NCBI GenBank assembly: GCA_025966225.1
Contig: JAOPVI010000048.1
Span: 12,138 to 76,137, forward strand
Length of the DNA stretch: 64,000 nt
Origin: Mycobacterium sp.
GTDB lineage: Bacteria; Actinomycetota; Actinomycetes; Mycobacteriales; Mycobacteriaceae
Direction of reading: 5' to 3'
The notes under the pieces are model-generated. The model was not told the origin of the DNA, ran no database searches, and saw only the letters and a program-made list of their open reading frames with translations. Positions 50,500 through 60,946 of this stretch are shown here, piece by piece. Position 1 is the stretch's first letter, and each line of letters opens with the position of its first letter. The translations under genes and the position numbers were made by a program.

Positions 50500-51075
50500 T
50501 CACAACACGCCCATGTCCAATACGTCACGCGCCAGTCCCATCACGACCGGGACGACGCCAAGGCATAGGAACGCGGGCAGGTAACACAATCCGAGCGGGC
50601 CCGCGACGAGCACCGACGCCCGTTCTCCGGCCGCGCTGGCCGCATCGCCCGCGTCCTGGCGGGATTGGTCGGCAAGGTCGGCGACGCCCTGGGCGAGGGC
50701 CGCTCCCGAAGCAGCCGAGCGGCGGGCCAACCGGGTCAGCGCCTCGACGTGCCGATCGGACGAGGTGCCGACACTGGACCATGCCGTCGCCGCGTCGGCG
50801 CCAAGGGCAAGCAGTTCCGCCGCGCGCGCGAGCACTGCCGCGAGCGGCTGAGGCGCCGAGGGGGCCGTCGCGGCTGCGGCACTCGCCACCGCCATGCCCG
50901 ACGACAGGCAGGCCGCAAACACGTCGAGTGTCGACGCCACCGCGAGCGGGTCGACGGGTCCCGCAGAGTCGCGCATGGTTGCGGCTACCGACGGGTCTAG
51001 GCCCGCGCGGGCAAGCCGCCGCGGAGCTCCTGCGCTCAACAGGGCGGCAGCGAGAAATAGTGCGGCCCAGGTCAT
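50500..51075 (-). CDS. tadC: type II secretion system F-family protein TadC
   Basis: The internal ATG at 51075 gives a 191-aa membrane protein (MTWAALFLAAALL...). It has an ATGA overlap with the tadB stop. Confidence 0.8.
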   Translation of the reverse strand: MTWAALFLAAALLSAGAPRRLARAGLDPSVAATMRDSAGPVDPLAVASTLDVFAACLSSGMAVASAAAATAPSAPQPLAAVLARAAELLALGADAATAWSSVGTSSDRHVEALTRLARRSAASGAALAQGVADLADQSRQDAGDAASAAGERASVLVAGPLGLCYLPAFLCLGVVPVVMGLARDVLDMGVL

Positions 51076-51860
51076 GTCGATGCCCCATTGGTAATGCGAT
51101 CCGACCACAGCAGCCCCGCACATGCGAGCGAGGATCCGACCACGAGCAACCCGCCGCCCAGGCCGCCGGACAACAGAAATCGCACCGGATCCGCCCCGAT
51201 CAGCTGACCGAGCGCCATCCCGAGCACGGGGAGCCCAGCGAGCACCATCGCGGTGGCGCGGGCCCCGGCCATGCCTGCGGCGACTCGCGATTCGAACCGC
51301 TGACGCTCGACGACGTCCTGGTGCGCCGTACGCATCAGCGTCGCGATCGCCAACCCGTGGCGATTGGCCAACTCCCAACACGCCGACAGCCGGGACCAGT
51401 ACGTCGGCACGGCCGATCGAGCCGCCGCGGCGTCGAGTCCGACCGCCACGTCGACGCCCAGCCGTGCCCTGGCGGCGACGACACGCAGTGCGGACGCCAC
51501 GTCATCGGATACCTCCGCGGCCGCCGTCTCGAAGGCCACCACGGGATGAGCGCCTGCACGCAGTTCCCCCGCGAGTACGTCGAGGGCAGCCTGCAGCGCC
51601 GCCGATTCCGACGCGCGACGGGCCCGCCGCCCCGCCCCGTGCCTGCGCCACGCGACCGTGCCCGAAACCACCGTCAACGCGACGGCGGCGCTCGGGGGTA
51701 CGACGCAGGCGACGGCGAGCGCGCCCACCACGAGCCCGAGCGCCAGCCCCGACCTTCGCAGGCCAGGGGGTAGCGGCCGAGTGGTGGCGGGCCCTCGCCT
51801 GCGCACGGGTGCGACGACGACCGCGACGGCAAGCGCCAAGAGTGCGAAGGTCACGGGCAC
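51072..51860 (-). CDS. tadB: type II secretion system F-family protein TadB
   Basis: A 262-aa membrane protein that overlaps the tadA stop by 10 nt. Confidence 0.82.
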   Translation of the reverse strand: MPVTFALLALAVAVVVAPVRRRGPATTRPLPPGLRRSGLALGLVVGALAVACVVPPSAAVALTVVSGTVAWRRHGAGRRARRASESAALQAALDVLAGELRAGAHPVVAFETAAAEVSDDVASALRVVAARARLGVDVAVGLDAAAARSAVPTYWSRLSACWELANRHGLAIATLMRTAHQDVVERQRFESRVAAGMAGARATAMVLAGLPVLGMALGQLIGADPVRFLLSGGLGGGLLVVGSSLACAGLLWSDRITNGAST

Positions 51861-53017
51861 CGCCGTTCGGCGAGCATAACCCTCAAATCATCCATGCCAC
51901 CGTCGATTCCACGTTCGGCGTGCCACGCGGTACGTGCGCCCACTAGTCCATCGGGACCACGCCGCAGGACCGCGATCTCGCCGAGCCTGCGACGTCCATC
52001 GCGATCCCGACCGACGTGCAGCACGACGTGTACGGCTGCCGACAACTGGCTGTGCAGCGCGGCCCTATCAAGGCCACCGAGCGCGGCCAACGCCTCGAGC
52101 CGGGCAGGAACCTCGGCGGGCTTGTTCGCGTGAACCGTGCCCGCTCCCCCCTCGTGGCCCGTGTTGAACGCAGCGAGCAGGTCGACGACCTCGCCGCCAC
52201 GCACCTCACCGACCACGATCCGGTCGGGCCGCATGCGCAGGGCTTGCCGCACCAGGTCGCGTACGGTGACCGCTCCGACTCCCTCGACGTTCGCGCCGCG
52301 CGCGACCAGCTTGACCAGGTGAGGATGGCGCGGTGCGAGCTCAGCCGCGTCCTCGACGCACACGATGCGCTCGTCGGCGGCGACGGCACCGAGGGCCGCG
52401 GACAGCAACGTCGTCTTGCCAGCCCCTGTTCCGCCCGAGATGAGGAAAGCCACTCGGGCTCCGATGATCTCGCGCACCACGCCGGCGATCTCGTTGGGGA
52501 TCGTGCCGCAGCCGACGAGCGCATCGAAGTCCTGGCTGGCGGGCCGCAACACCCGCAACGACAGACACGTGCCGCCTGTCGCGATCGGCGACAGGATCGC
52601 GTGCAGCCGTACCGCGAACTCACCGCCCCCGAGGCCTGTCAGCTGGCCGTCTACCCAGGGCTGTGCTTCGTCGAGTCGACGCCCCGCCGACAGAGCCAAC
52701 CGCTGAGCCAGCCGTCGCACCGCGGCGTCGTCTGCGAATTCGATTGGAACACGCCTCAATCCGAAGCCATCGTCGACCCAGACCGAATCGGGTGCGGTCA
52801 CGAGCACGTCGGTGGTGCCCTCGGCACGAAGTAGCGGCTCCAGGATTCCCGCTCCGGACAGTTCGGTTTGCAGGACACGAAGGTTGTCGAGCACCTCGGT
52901 ATCGCCAAGCACACCGCCGGATTCGGCCCGGATCGCGGCAGCTACGACGTTGGGCCGCAACGGCATCGACTCCGAGGCCAACCGTTCCCGGACGCGTTCG
53001 ATCAACGAGGCACTCAC
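51851..53017 (-). CDS. tadA: CpaF/TadA-family secretion ATPase
   Basis: GTG at 53017 overlaps the ssd stop (GTGA). Walker A is [15 protein letters not shown], with the typical VirB11/CpaF core. Confidence 0.9.
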   Translation of the reverse strand: MSASLIERVRERLASESMPLRPNVVAAAIRAESGGVLGDTEVLDNLRVLQTELSGAGILEPLLRAEGTTDVLVTAPDSVWVDDGFGLRRVPIEFADDAAVRRLAQRLALSAGRRLDEAQPWVDGQLTGLGGGEFAVRLHAILSPIATGGTCLSLRVLRPASQDFDALVGCGTIPNEIAGVVREIIGARVAFLISGGTGAGKTTLLSAALGAVAADERIVCVEDAAELAPRHPHLVKLVARGANVEGVGAVTVRDLVRQALRMRPDRIVVGEVRGGEVVDLLAAFNTGHEGGAGTVHANKPAEVPARLEALAALGGLDRAALHSQLSAAVHVVLHVGRDRDGRRRLGEIAVLRRGPDGLVGARTAWHAERGIDGGMDDLRVMLAERRCP

Positions 53018-54081
53018 GCGGCGCTCCGCTCTCCAGGCAGCTGATGCAGAACGGCGAGCACGCGGCGTGCGGCCCTGGCGAGTGGCGAACGCCGACGCGG
53101 CCTCAGCCCGTCGCGCTCGAGTGCACTCGCCACACCCGGTTGAGCGCGCATCGAGGCGAGGTGCGGCAACCCGACCGCGCGAGCGACCTCGGCTGCCGTC
53201 AGTCCACCGGGCGCCGGACCACGCACGACCAGGCCGACGTTGGCATTCACCCCGACGAGCCACTGACCGACGGCCGTGGCTGCGGCACAGGACCGCACGT
53301 CGGCCGGGGTGACGACGGCGACGAGATCAGCGGACGCGAGCGCGGTCTCCACGGCAGGAGTCGCGCGCCGAGGCAGGTCGCAGATGACCGTCGCGCCCCC
53401 ACGAGAACCCGCGTCGACCACCGCATCGAGGGCGGCTGCATCGACGTGGCCACCTGCTCGACCCGCCGACAACACGGCGATTCCGCGATGTTCGGGCAGC
53501 GCCGCCTGCAGCGCGGGCCATCCGATGCGTCCCCCTTGAAGGGCGAGGTCTGACCAGCGCAAACCCGATTCGCCTTCGGTGCCCACGACCAGCTCGAGGC
53601 CTCCACCCCATGGATCGAGGTCGACCAGCAGAGGATGGGTGGCAGCGTGCGCGAGCGCCGTGGCGAACACGGACGCGCCTGCCCCGCCACGCGCCCCGAT
53701 GACTGCGAGCACGGCGCCGCGGCGCTGCGCTTCGCGACCCGACTCAGCTGCGTCGGACAGTGCCGAGACGAGCTCGGCTTCTTCCCCGGGCATGACCAGA
53801 ATGCGTTGCGCGCCGACGGCGATCACAAGGGGCCAGTCGGTTGCCCGCGGCTCAGCCCGACTGACGACGAAGATCCGCCCGCGCCGCGGCAGGGCGGCCT
53901 TCGCGCAGCGCGCGGCACCTTCGAAGTCGAGTAGCACGGCCGACGCCGCTGCCCACACCTTTGGGCTGGACGGCTCCGTCACGTGGACGACTCGCGCACC
54001 GATCGCTGCAACGACGCGGTCTACCTCGGCGCGCAGTGCCTCGTCGGCGACCAGCGCCAAAATGCCTTTGTTCGTGCTCAC
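53014..54081 (-). CDS. ssd: CpaE/ParA-like septum-site-determining protein (Rv3660c/Ssd-like)
   Basis: ORF of 355 aa with the deviant Walker A VIGARGGAGASVFA. It is the first gene of the Tad operon. Confidence 0.84.
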   Translation of the reverse strand: MSTNKGILALVADEALRAEVDRVVAAIGARVVHVTEPSSPKVWAAASAVLLDFEGAARCAKAALPRRGRIFVVSRAEPRATDWPLVIAVGAQRILVMPGEEAELVSALSDAAESGREAQRRGAVLAVIGARGGAGASVFATALAHAATHPLLVDLDPWGGGLELVVGTEGESGLRWSDLALQGGRIGWPALQAALPEHRGIAVLSAGRAGGHVDAAALDAVVDAGSRGGATVICDLPRRATPAVETALASADLVAVVTPADVRSCAAATAVGQWLVGVNANVGLVVRGPAPGGLTAAEVARAVGLPHLASMRAQPGVASALERDGLRPRRRSPLARAARRVLAVLHQLPGERSAA

Positions 54082-54251
54082 GACTCCACAATGCGGAGGT
54101 CGACTGACGTCACGCTACGGCCGCACGCACATTTGTGGATGAACTCGCCTCTGTGCACAGACGGCCACCACGGATTCGCGGATATTTCACTCCGCAACTT
54201 TCAGGCCTGGGCGTGCCCGGGTCGTCCGACGAATTATTCGGAAACTTGCCC

Positions 54252-54350
54252 GGAAAAAGGGACGACCCCCGCCAGGGGGGGAGGAGGCGGAGGTCGTCGT
54301 GTATCAGCCCCGGGGGGTCGGGCTGATCCACACCCGGCATAAGCCGAGTG
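54252..54350 (-). ncRNA. 6C-family sRNA (M. tuberculosis B11 / ncRv13660c equivalent)
   Basis: The minus-strand RNA folds into hairpin AUCAGCCC-GACCCCCCG-GGGCUGAU (54304-54326). A 13-bp terminator stem GACGACCUCCGCC/GGCGGGGGUCGUC with loop UCCUCCCCCCU (54261-54298) follows, then CCUUUUUCC. Two loops each with six consecutive C is the 6C hallmark. The location in the ssd/HAD IGR matches the remembered position of B11. The 5' end is estimated. Confidence 0.75.
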
Positions 54351-54356
54351 ATGTCC

Positions 54357-54362
54357 ACTATA
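54357..54362 (-). promoter_or_regulatory. candidate -10 hexamer TATAGT for the 6C sRNA
   Basis: The minus strand reads TATAGT about 7 nt upstream of the proposed 5' end. No -35 element was assessed. Confidence 0.35.
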
Positions 54363-54499
54363 CACGCGGCAATGCCGCGCAGCGCAAGCCCTGATTTTCC
54401 GTGAAAGCAGGCGATGACCTGGAAAATTGCAGACACGGCCACGTGTCGTTGACTGCCACTTCAGCCGGTCTCCCGCCGCGCGCCGAGGGACCGCCGCCT

Positions 54500-55369
54500 A
54501 TGCTGTGCAGCGTGACCGCTTCCGAATCGGCGCCGGACGGTTCGCTCGCGCCGCGGCCCGTGGCAGGAACAGGTCAGCCGGTACACACCGCGGCATTCTT
54601 CGATCTCGACAAGACGGTCATCGCGAAGTCCAGCACCCTCGCTTTCAGCAAACCCTTCTTCGAGCAAGGGCTAATCGGTAGACAGACGGTGCTGAAGTCC
54701 GCGTACGCACAATTCCTGTTCCTGATGTCGGGTGCCGACCACGATCAGATGGACCGAATGCGGACCTACATCACCAACATGTGCACGGGATGGAACGTCG
54801 AACAGGTCAAGTCCATCGTCGGTGAGACGTTGCACGACATCGTCGATCCGCTGGTGTTCGCAGAAGCCGCCAATCTCATTGCCGACCACAAGTTGTGCGG
54901 ACGTGACGTGGTCGTCGTCTCGGCCTCGGGCGAGGAGATCGTGGCACCCATCGCGCGGGCGCTTGGGGCGACTCACGCGATGGCCACCCGCATGGTCGTC
55001 GAGGACGGCAAGTACACCGGGGAAGTCGCCTTCTACTGCTATGGCGAAGGCAAGGTCGAAGCTATCCGCGAGTTGGCCGCCCGCGAAGACTATGCACTCG
55101 AGTACTGCTACGCGTATTCGGACTCGATCACCGACCTGCCGATGCTCGAGGCGGTCGGACACCCGACCGTCGTGAATCCCGACCGTGCTTTGCGCAAGGA
55201 GTCGGTCGCGAGGGGCTGGCCCGTGCTCGAGTTCTCCAGGCCGATCCCGTTGCGCGACCGGATTCCAGCACCTTCCGGGGCCGCGGTCGCCACGTCGGTG
55301 GCTGTCGGCGTCAGCGCGCTGGCCGCAGGCGCGCTGGCCTACTCACTGCTTCGGCGCTTCAACTTCTGA
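54500..55369 (+). CDS. HAD-IB family hydrolase (SerB-like, Rv3661-like) with C-terminal TM helix
   Basis: Lies in frame with ORF 54401..55369; the start is ATG at 54500 or GTG at 54512. HAD motif I is FFDLDKTV. The hydrophobic tail is AVATSVAVGVSALAAGALAY. Confidence 0.86.
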   Translation: MLCSVTASESAPDGSLAPRPVAGTGQPVHTAAFFDLDKTVIAKSSTLAFSKPFFEQGLIGRQTVLKSAYAQFLFLMSGADHDQMDRMRTYITNMCTGWNVEQVKSIVGETLHDIVDPLVFAEAANLIADHKLCGRDVVVVSASGEEIVAPIARALGATHAMATRMVVEDGKYTGEVAFYCYGEGKVEAIRELAAREDYALEYCYAYSDSITDLPMLEAVGHPTVVNPDRALRKESVARGWPVLEFSRPIPLRDRIPAPSGAAVATSVAVGVSALAAGALAYSLLRRFNF

Positions 55370-55399
55370 CCCGCCGCTGAACCGATAGCTGACGGCCGA

Positions 55400-55775
55400 T
55401 CGGTCACGATAGGGAGTCGGCGGCGATTGCCCCTTGATGTGACCGCCGTCACGGAGTACAAAGGAGTCACGGACGCTCGGTGAGGCTAAGTTCGAGTCGG
55501 AAGAGAAGATTCGCTCTCCCAAGTCGAGCGACCTAGCACGGATCGCGGTACCCACGCGGAGCACATGCCGCGTTATGGCTAGAGTGTTGCGGGCCTGCGT
55601 AATTGCGAAGAGCGGTCAACCACGACGATCCCTTGGGTGGGATTGCAGTTGAAGCGCAGCGGAAGGACGCCGAGGCCACCCACGTAACCCACCGAGCACG
55701 CTTGGTAGCCACGAATCCGTGCTAGCGGGCGGCGAGCCGAATTCAATTCGGAGCGCCGCCTGCTTCACTTTGCTG
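55400..55775 (+). ncRNA. candidate Ms1 / MTS2823-like 6S-type sRNA (boundaries approximate)
   Basis: A 410-nt non-coding, lower-GC gap lies between the HAD (Rv3661-like) and Rv3662c-like genes, which is where MTS2823/Ms1 lies in M. tuberculosis as remembered. No credible ORF is present. Several hairpins are visible and a strong plus-strand terminator sits at 55725-55775. No sequence comparison was possible. Confidence 0.45.
55725..55775 (+). terminator. intrinsic terminator-like hairpin
   Basis: GCGGGCGGCG-AG-CCGAA-TTCAA-TTCGG-AG-CGCCGCCTGC forms 15 bp including one G-U pair. It is followed by TTCACTTTGCTG. It lies 17 nt beyond the stop of the convergent Rv3662c-like gene, so it may act in both directions. 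Confidence 0.6.
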
Positions 55776-55779
55776 GGAG

Positions 55780-56535
55780 CTACTTCGACGACGACTCGGC
55801 TATCGCGAGCGCCTCCCTGGCCCCGTCCTCCAACGCCAGACAGCTGGTGATCAGCCACACCGCGAGCCCGTCCGGGGTCCCCGACGCAAACCCGCGCGCC
55901 GCGGCGCGATAGTCGCCCGACTCACGCATCCAATAGACCTCGGGAACGCCGAGGCCGTGAGGATCCAGCCCGTTGGTGATGCTGATCAGCCGAGCGACGG
56001 CCCGCGCCACCACCCCATCCGCGACTCCGAACGGGGCCAGGGTCAGCAGTTCACCGTGTGCCACGGCCGCAAGGACGGGCGCAGGCACCCGGGTTCCACT
56101 TGTCACGATGTCGCCGAGAAGCTCGAGCCGACGCCCCACCCCCGGGTCCGATCGGGGCCGGCCAAGGGCATCCGAGTCGGTCAGGTCTGCCGCGGCCAGG
56201 GCATGGAGTCGCGCGATGGCCTGCAGCGGGGCATGTTGCCAGACGCCAACCAGCGCGGTGGCACCGCCTTCCAGCGCTTCGGCGACGCGCAACGCGCCTG
56301 CAAGGACCGCGCCGGGTTGGCCATCGGCTGACATCGAGAGCGAGCCGCCGTCCAACACCGATGACGCCCGCGCGGCCCGCACCGCGGCCTCGGCTGCGGT
56401 CTCGGGCCAACCACGGAGATTGACCCGGTGCCGGTGGGCCCTGGCGACGGCCGCACGCGCCGCCTCACTCGCTTCGGCGACCCCGGGTAAGTCCACCAAG
56501 GGGGCGAGTGGGTCGGCTTGGCCTTTGGAGATCAT
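55780..56535 (-). CDS. conserved hypothetical protein (Rv3662c-like)
   Basis: ORF of 251 aa with coding-like third-position GC. Assigned by remembered synteny only. Confidence 0.6.
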   Translation of the reverse strand: MISKGQADPLAPLVDLPGVAEASEAARAAVARAHRHRVNLRGWPETAAEAAVRAARASSVLDGGSLSMSADGQPGAVLAGALRVAEALEGGATALVGVWQHAPLQAIARLHALAAADLTDSDALGRPRSDPGVGRRLELLGDIVTSGTRVPAPVLAAVAHGELLTLAPFGVADGVVARAVARLISITNGLDPHGLGVPEVYWMRESGDYRAAARGFASGTPDGLAVWLITSCLALEDGAREALAIAESSSK

Positions 56536-56592
56536 CGACGCCCAACGCTATCCCAGGCTCGCGTCGACGCTCCCGTGACTAGGCTCACAGCC

Positions 56593-58548
<1,956 letters not shown>

Positions 58549-58555
58549 CCCCCAA

Positions 58556-58626
58556 CCTTCGCGAGCGTGCGCAGAACGCTGCCGTTCTTCGGCGTGTCGT
58601 GAGACAGACACGCCCGCTCGCGAAGG
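58556..58626. repeat. nested inverted-repeat element between convergent acs and protease genes
   Basis: The perfect 12-bp outer arms are CCTTCGCGAGCG (58556-58567) and CGCTCGCGAAGG (58615-58626). They enclose two perfect hairpins, AGAACG-CTGC-CGTTCT (58573-58588) and GGCGTGTC-N8-GACACGCC (58591-58614). Confidence 0.85.
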
Positions 58627-58634
58627 GGGTGAAG

Positions 58635-59348
58635 CTATCCGCCGATCGGCACGAAGCCCGCACCCGGCCGGTTCTTGGCGTTGATGTCGGCAAGGATCGA
58701 GTTCATCGACATGGTGACGGCAGGGGTATGCAGCGGAATGTACTGCGTCACGCACGTCGGAAGATCTTCGCTGAACGCGCCGTGGATCATGCCGACCAGG
58801 TGATTGTCGACGGTGACGGGGGCTCCGGAGTCCCCCGGCTGCCCACAGACCTGATTGAGAATCGTGCCCGGTTTGTCGCCAGGGCCCCAGGTGACGCCAC
58901 ACGACTGGCCGGTGGTTCGCCCGAGCTTGCATGCGACCTCGCCGAAGACCGGATCGGGCGCAAGCCCGTCGATCAGGAAGCCGCCGACGTTGTCGACCGG
59001 CTGTACCTTCTGCGGGTCGAACTCGATGACCGCGTAGTCGAGGCCCTCGTTGCCAGCCACCATGGTGCCGAGCACACCGCGGTCCGCGGCGGCCTCGGAG
59101 CCGACCTGAGCTCCCGGCCCCCCACAGTGCGCCGACGTGAAGCCGATCAGCTTGCCGCGATTGTCGTGGCCGATGGCAGTGAGCGTGCAGAACGTGTCCC
59201 CGTCGATGACGATGCCCGAGCCTCCGCCGAGCGGCACCAGGTCATCGGCGCGCGCGGCAGGCAGGAGCGGCGTGGTCAGGGCCAAGACCACCATCGCGAG
59301 GACCGCCGACACCGCGAGTTGCCAGCGGTATATCAACGGCATCTCCAC
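58635..59348 (-). CDS. secreted chymotrypsin-fold (S1) serine protease (Rv3668c-like)
   Basis: ORF of 237 aa with a signal peptide. The catalytic His context is TSAHCGG and the Ser context is GQPGDSGAPV. Confidence 0.85.
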   Translation of the reverse strand: MEMPLIYRWQLAVSAVLAMVVLALTTPLLPAARADDLVPLGGGSGIVIDGDTFCTLTAIGHDNRGKLIGFTSAHCGGPGAQVGSEAAADRGVLGTMVAGNEGLDYAVIEFDPQKVQPVDNVGGFLIDGLAPDPVFGEVACKLGRTTGQSCGVTWGPGDKPGTILNQVCGQPGDSGAPVTVDNHLVGMIHGAFSEDLPTCVTQYIPLHTPAVTMSMNSILADINAKNRPGAGFVPIGG

Positions 59349-59477
59349 TCGTCAGCCCCGACTGTTCGTCAAGCGCGGCCAGTCTATCGTCGACCGGAAT
59401 CGAACTGCCCGCTGCGACATGGCAACATGAACCACATTGAGCTCTGGATTGATCCGACGCTGGGGAGGACGTAAGCC

Positions 59478-59990
59478 GTGAGCAGTGGTGACCGCAAGAA
59501 CGGCGTGCCGACGACTGTGACGTCGATTCCGTTGATCGACCCGCATGCACCCAAGCCCGACGCATCCCTCGGTGACCTGGTCAAGGATGCGACGGCGCAG
59601 ATGTCGACGCTGGTCAGGGCCGAGGTCGAACTCGCGAAGTCCGAGATCACCCGTGACGTCAAGAAGGGGCTGACGGGCAGCGTCTTCTTCATCCTGGCGC
59701 TCGTGGTGCTGTTCTACTCGACGTTCTTCTTCTTCTTCTTCGTGGCCGAACTGCTCGACACGTGGATCTGGCGCTGGCTGGCGTTCCTGATCGTGTTCGC
59801 GCTGATGGTCTTGACCACCGCAGTGCTCGCCCTGTTCGGTTATCTGAAGGTCCGGCGCATCAGAGGGCCACAGCAGACCATCGAGTCCGTCAAGGAAGCC
59901 CGCGTCGCGCTGATTCCCGGTGGGGACAAGCAGGCAGGCACCAAGACTGGAACGGATCTGGAGTCGACCACAGATCCATCAGGCTGGTAG
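59478..59990 (+). CDS. phage-holin-family / DUF1469 membrane protein (Rv3669-like)
   Basis: ORF of 170 aa with two TM helices, including a poly-Phe run encoded by (TTC)6 at 59724-59741. Confidence 0.7.
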   Translation: MSSGDRKNGVPTTVTSIPLIDPHAPKPDASLGDLVKDATAQMSTLVRAEVELAKSEITRDVKKGLTGSVFFILALVVLFYSTFFFFFFVAELLDTWIWRWLAFLIVFALMVLTTAVLALFGYLKVRRIRGPQQTIESVKEARVALIPGGDKQAGTKTGTDLESTTDPSGW

Positions 59991-60943
59991 TGCCACCGCC
60001 TGATCCGTCGGTCACCCGGATCGACGGGCCGTGGCGTCATCTCGAGGTGCACGCCAACGGGATTCGCTTTCACGTCGTAGAGGCCAAGCCCGCCGAGCAG
60101 AGCGCACCGCCTGCCGGGGAGCGTCCGCTCGTCATCCTGCTCCACGGATTCGGATCGTTCTGGTGGTCGTGGCGCCACCAGCTGAGGGCCCTGACGGGCG
60201 CGCGGGTGGTCGCAGTTGACCTACGCGGCTATGGCGGCAGCGACAAACCGCCCCGCGGCTACGACGGGTGGACGCTGGCCGGTGACACCGCCGGGTTGGT
60301 GCGTGCGCTCGGACACGAGAAGGCGACTTTGATCGGGCACGCCGACGGCGGGCTGGTCTGCTGGGCGACGTCGGTGCTTCATCCGCGGGTGGTGCGGGCG
60401 ATCGCGTTGGTCAGCTCACCGCATCCGGTGGCGCTGCGTGCCTCGGCGCTGACTCGACGGGACCAGGGCCGGGCGCTGCTGCCGTGGATATTGCGCTACC
60501 AGCTGCCGTGGTGGCCGGAACACGTACTGACCCGGGACAACGCCCAGGAGCTCGAGTTGCTGGTGCGGAGTAGATCCAGTGGCAAATGGCTTGCCTCCGA
60601 AGACTTCTCAGAGACCATCGGCCACATGCGGCGAGCCATCCAGATTCCGTCTGCGGCGCATTCGGCGTTGGAGTACCAGCGCTGGGCGGCCCGCAGCCAG
60701 TTACGCGGTGAAGGTCGTCGCTTCGTGAAGTCGATGAAGCGCCCGCTCGCCGTGCCGATGCTGCACCTCCGCGGCGACGCCGACCCCTACGTACTCGCAG
60801 ATCCGGTCGATCGCACGCAGCGCTATGCACCGCACGGCAGATACGTATCAATTGCCGGCACGGGGCATTTCGCTCACGAGGAAGCCCCAGACGTGGTCAA
60901 CGAACACCTGCTGCGATTCCTGGCCCAGGTATCCGGCGCCTGA
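59990..60943 (+). CDS. ephE: alpha/beta-fold epoxide hydrolase (EphE-like)
   Basis: GTG at 59990 shares its G with the upstream TAG stop and gives 317 aa. Contains HGFGSFWWSWRH and the nucleophile region IGHADGGLV. Confidence 0.84.
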   Translation: MPPPDPSVTRIDGPWRHLEVHANGIRFHVVEAKPAEQSAPPAGERPLVILLHGFGSFWWSWRHQLRALTGARVVAVDLRGYGGSDKPPRGYDGWTLAGDTAGLVRALGHEKATLIGHADGGLVCWATSVLHPRVVRAIALVSSPHPVALRASALTRRDQGRALLPWILRYQLPWWPEHVLTRDNAQELELLVRSRSSGKWLASEDFSETIGHMRRAIQIPSAAHSALEYQRWAARSQLRGEGRRFVKSMKRPLAVPMLHLRGDADPYVLADPVDRTQRYAPHGRYVSIAGTGHFAHEEAPDVVNEHLLRFLAQVSGA

Positions 60944-60946
60944 CCC

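Noticed and set aside
54110-54442. 110-aa minus-strand ORF spanning the ssd/HAD intergenic region
   Set aside because: It runs straight through the 6C sRNA hairpins and terminator. Its sequence is not protein-like, and the RNA interpretation explains the region better.
59724-59741. (TTC)6 trinucleotide repeat
   Set aside because: It is in frame and encodes a poly-Phe stretch inside a TM helix of the holin-like protein. Slippage would keep the frame, so there is no evidence of a switch.
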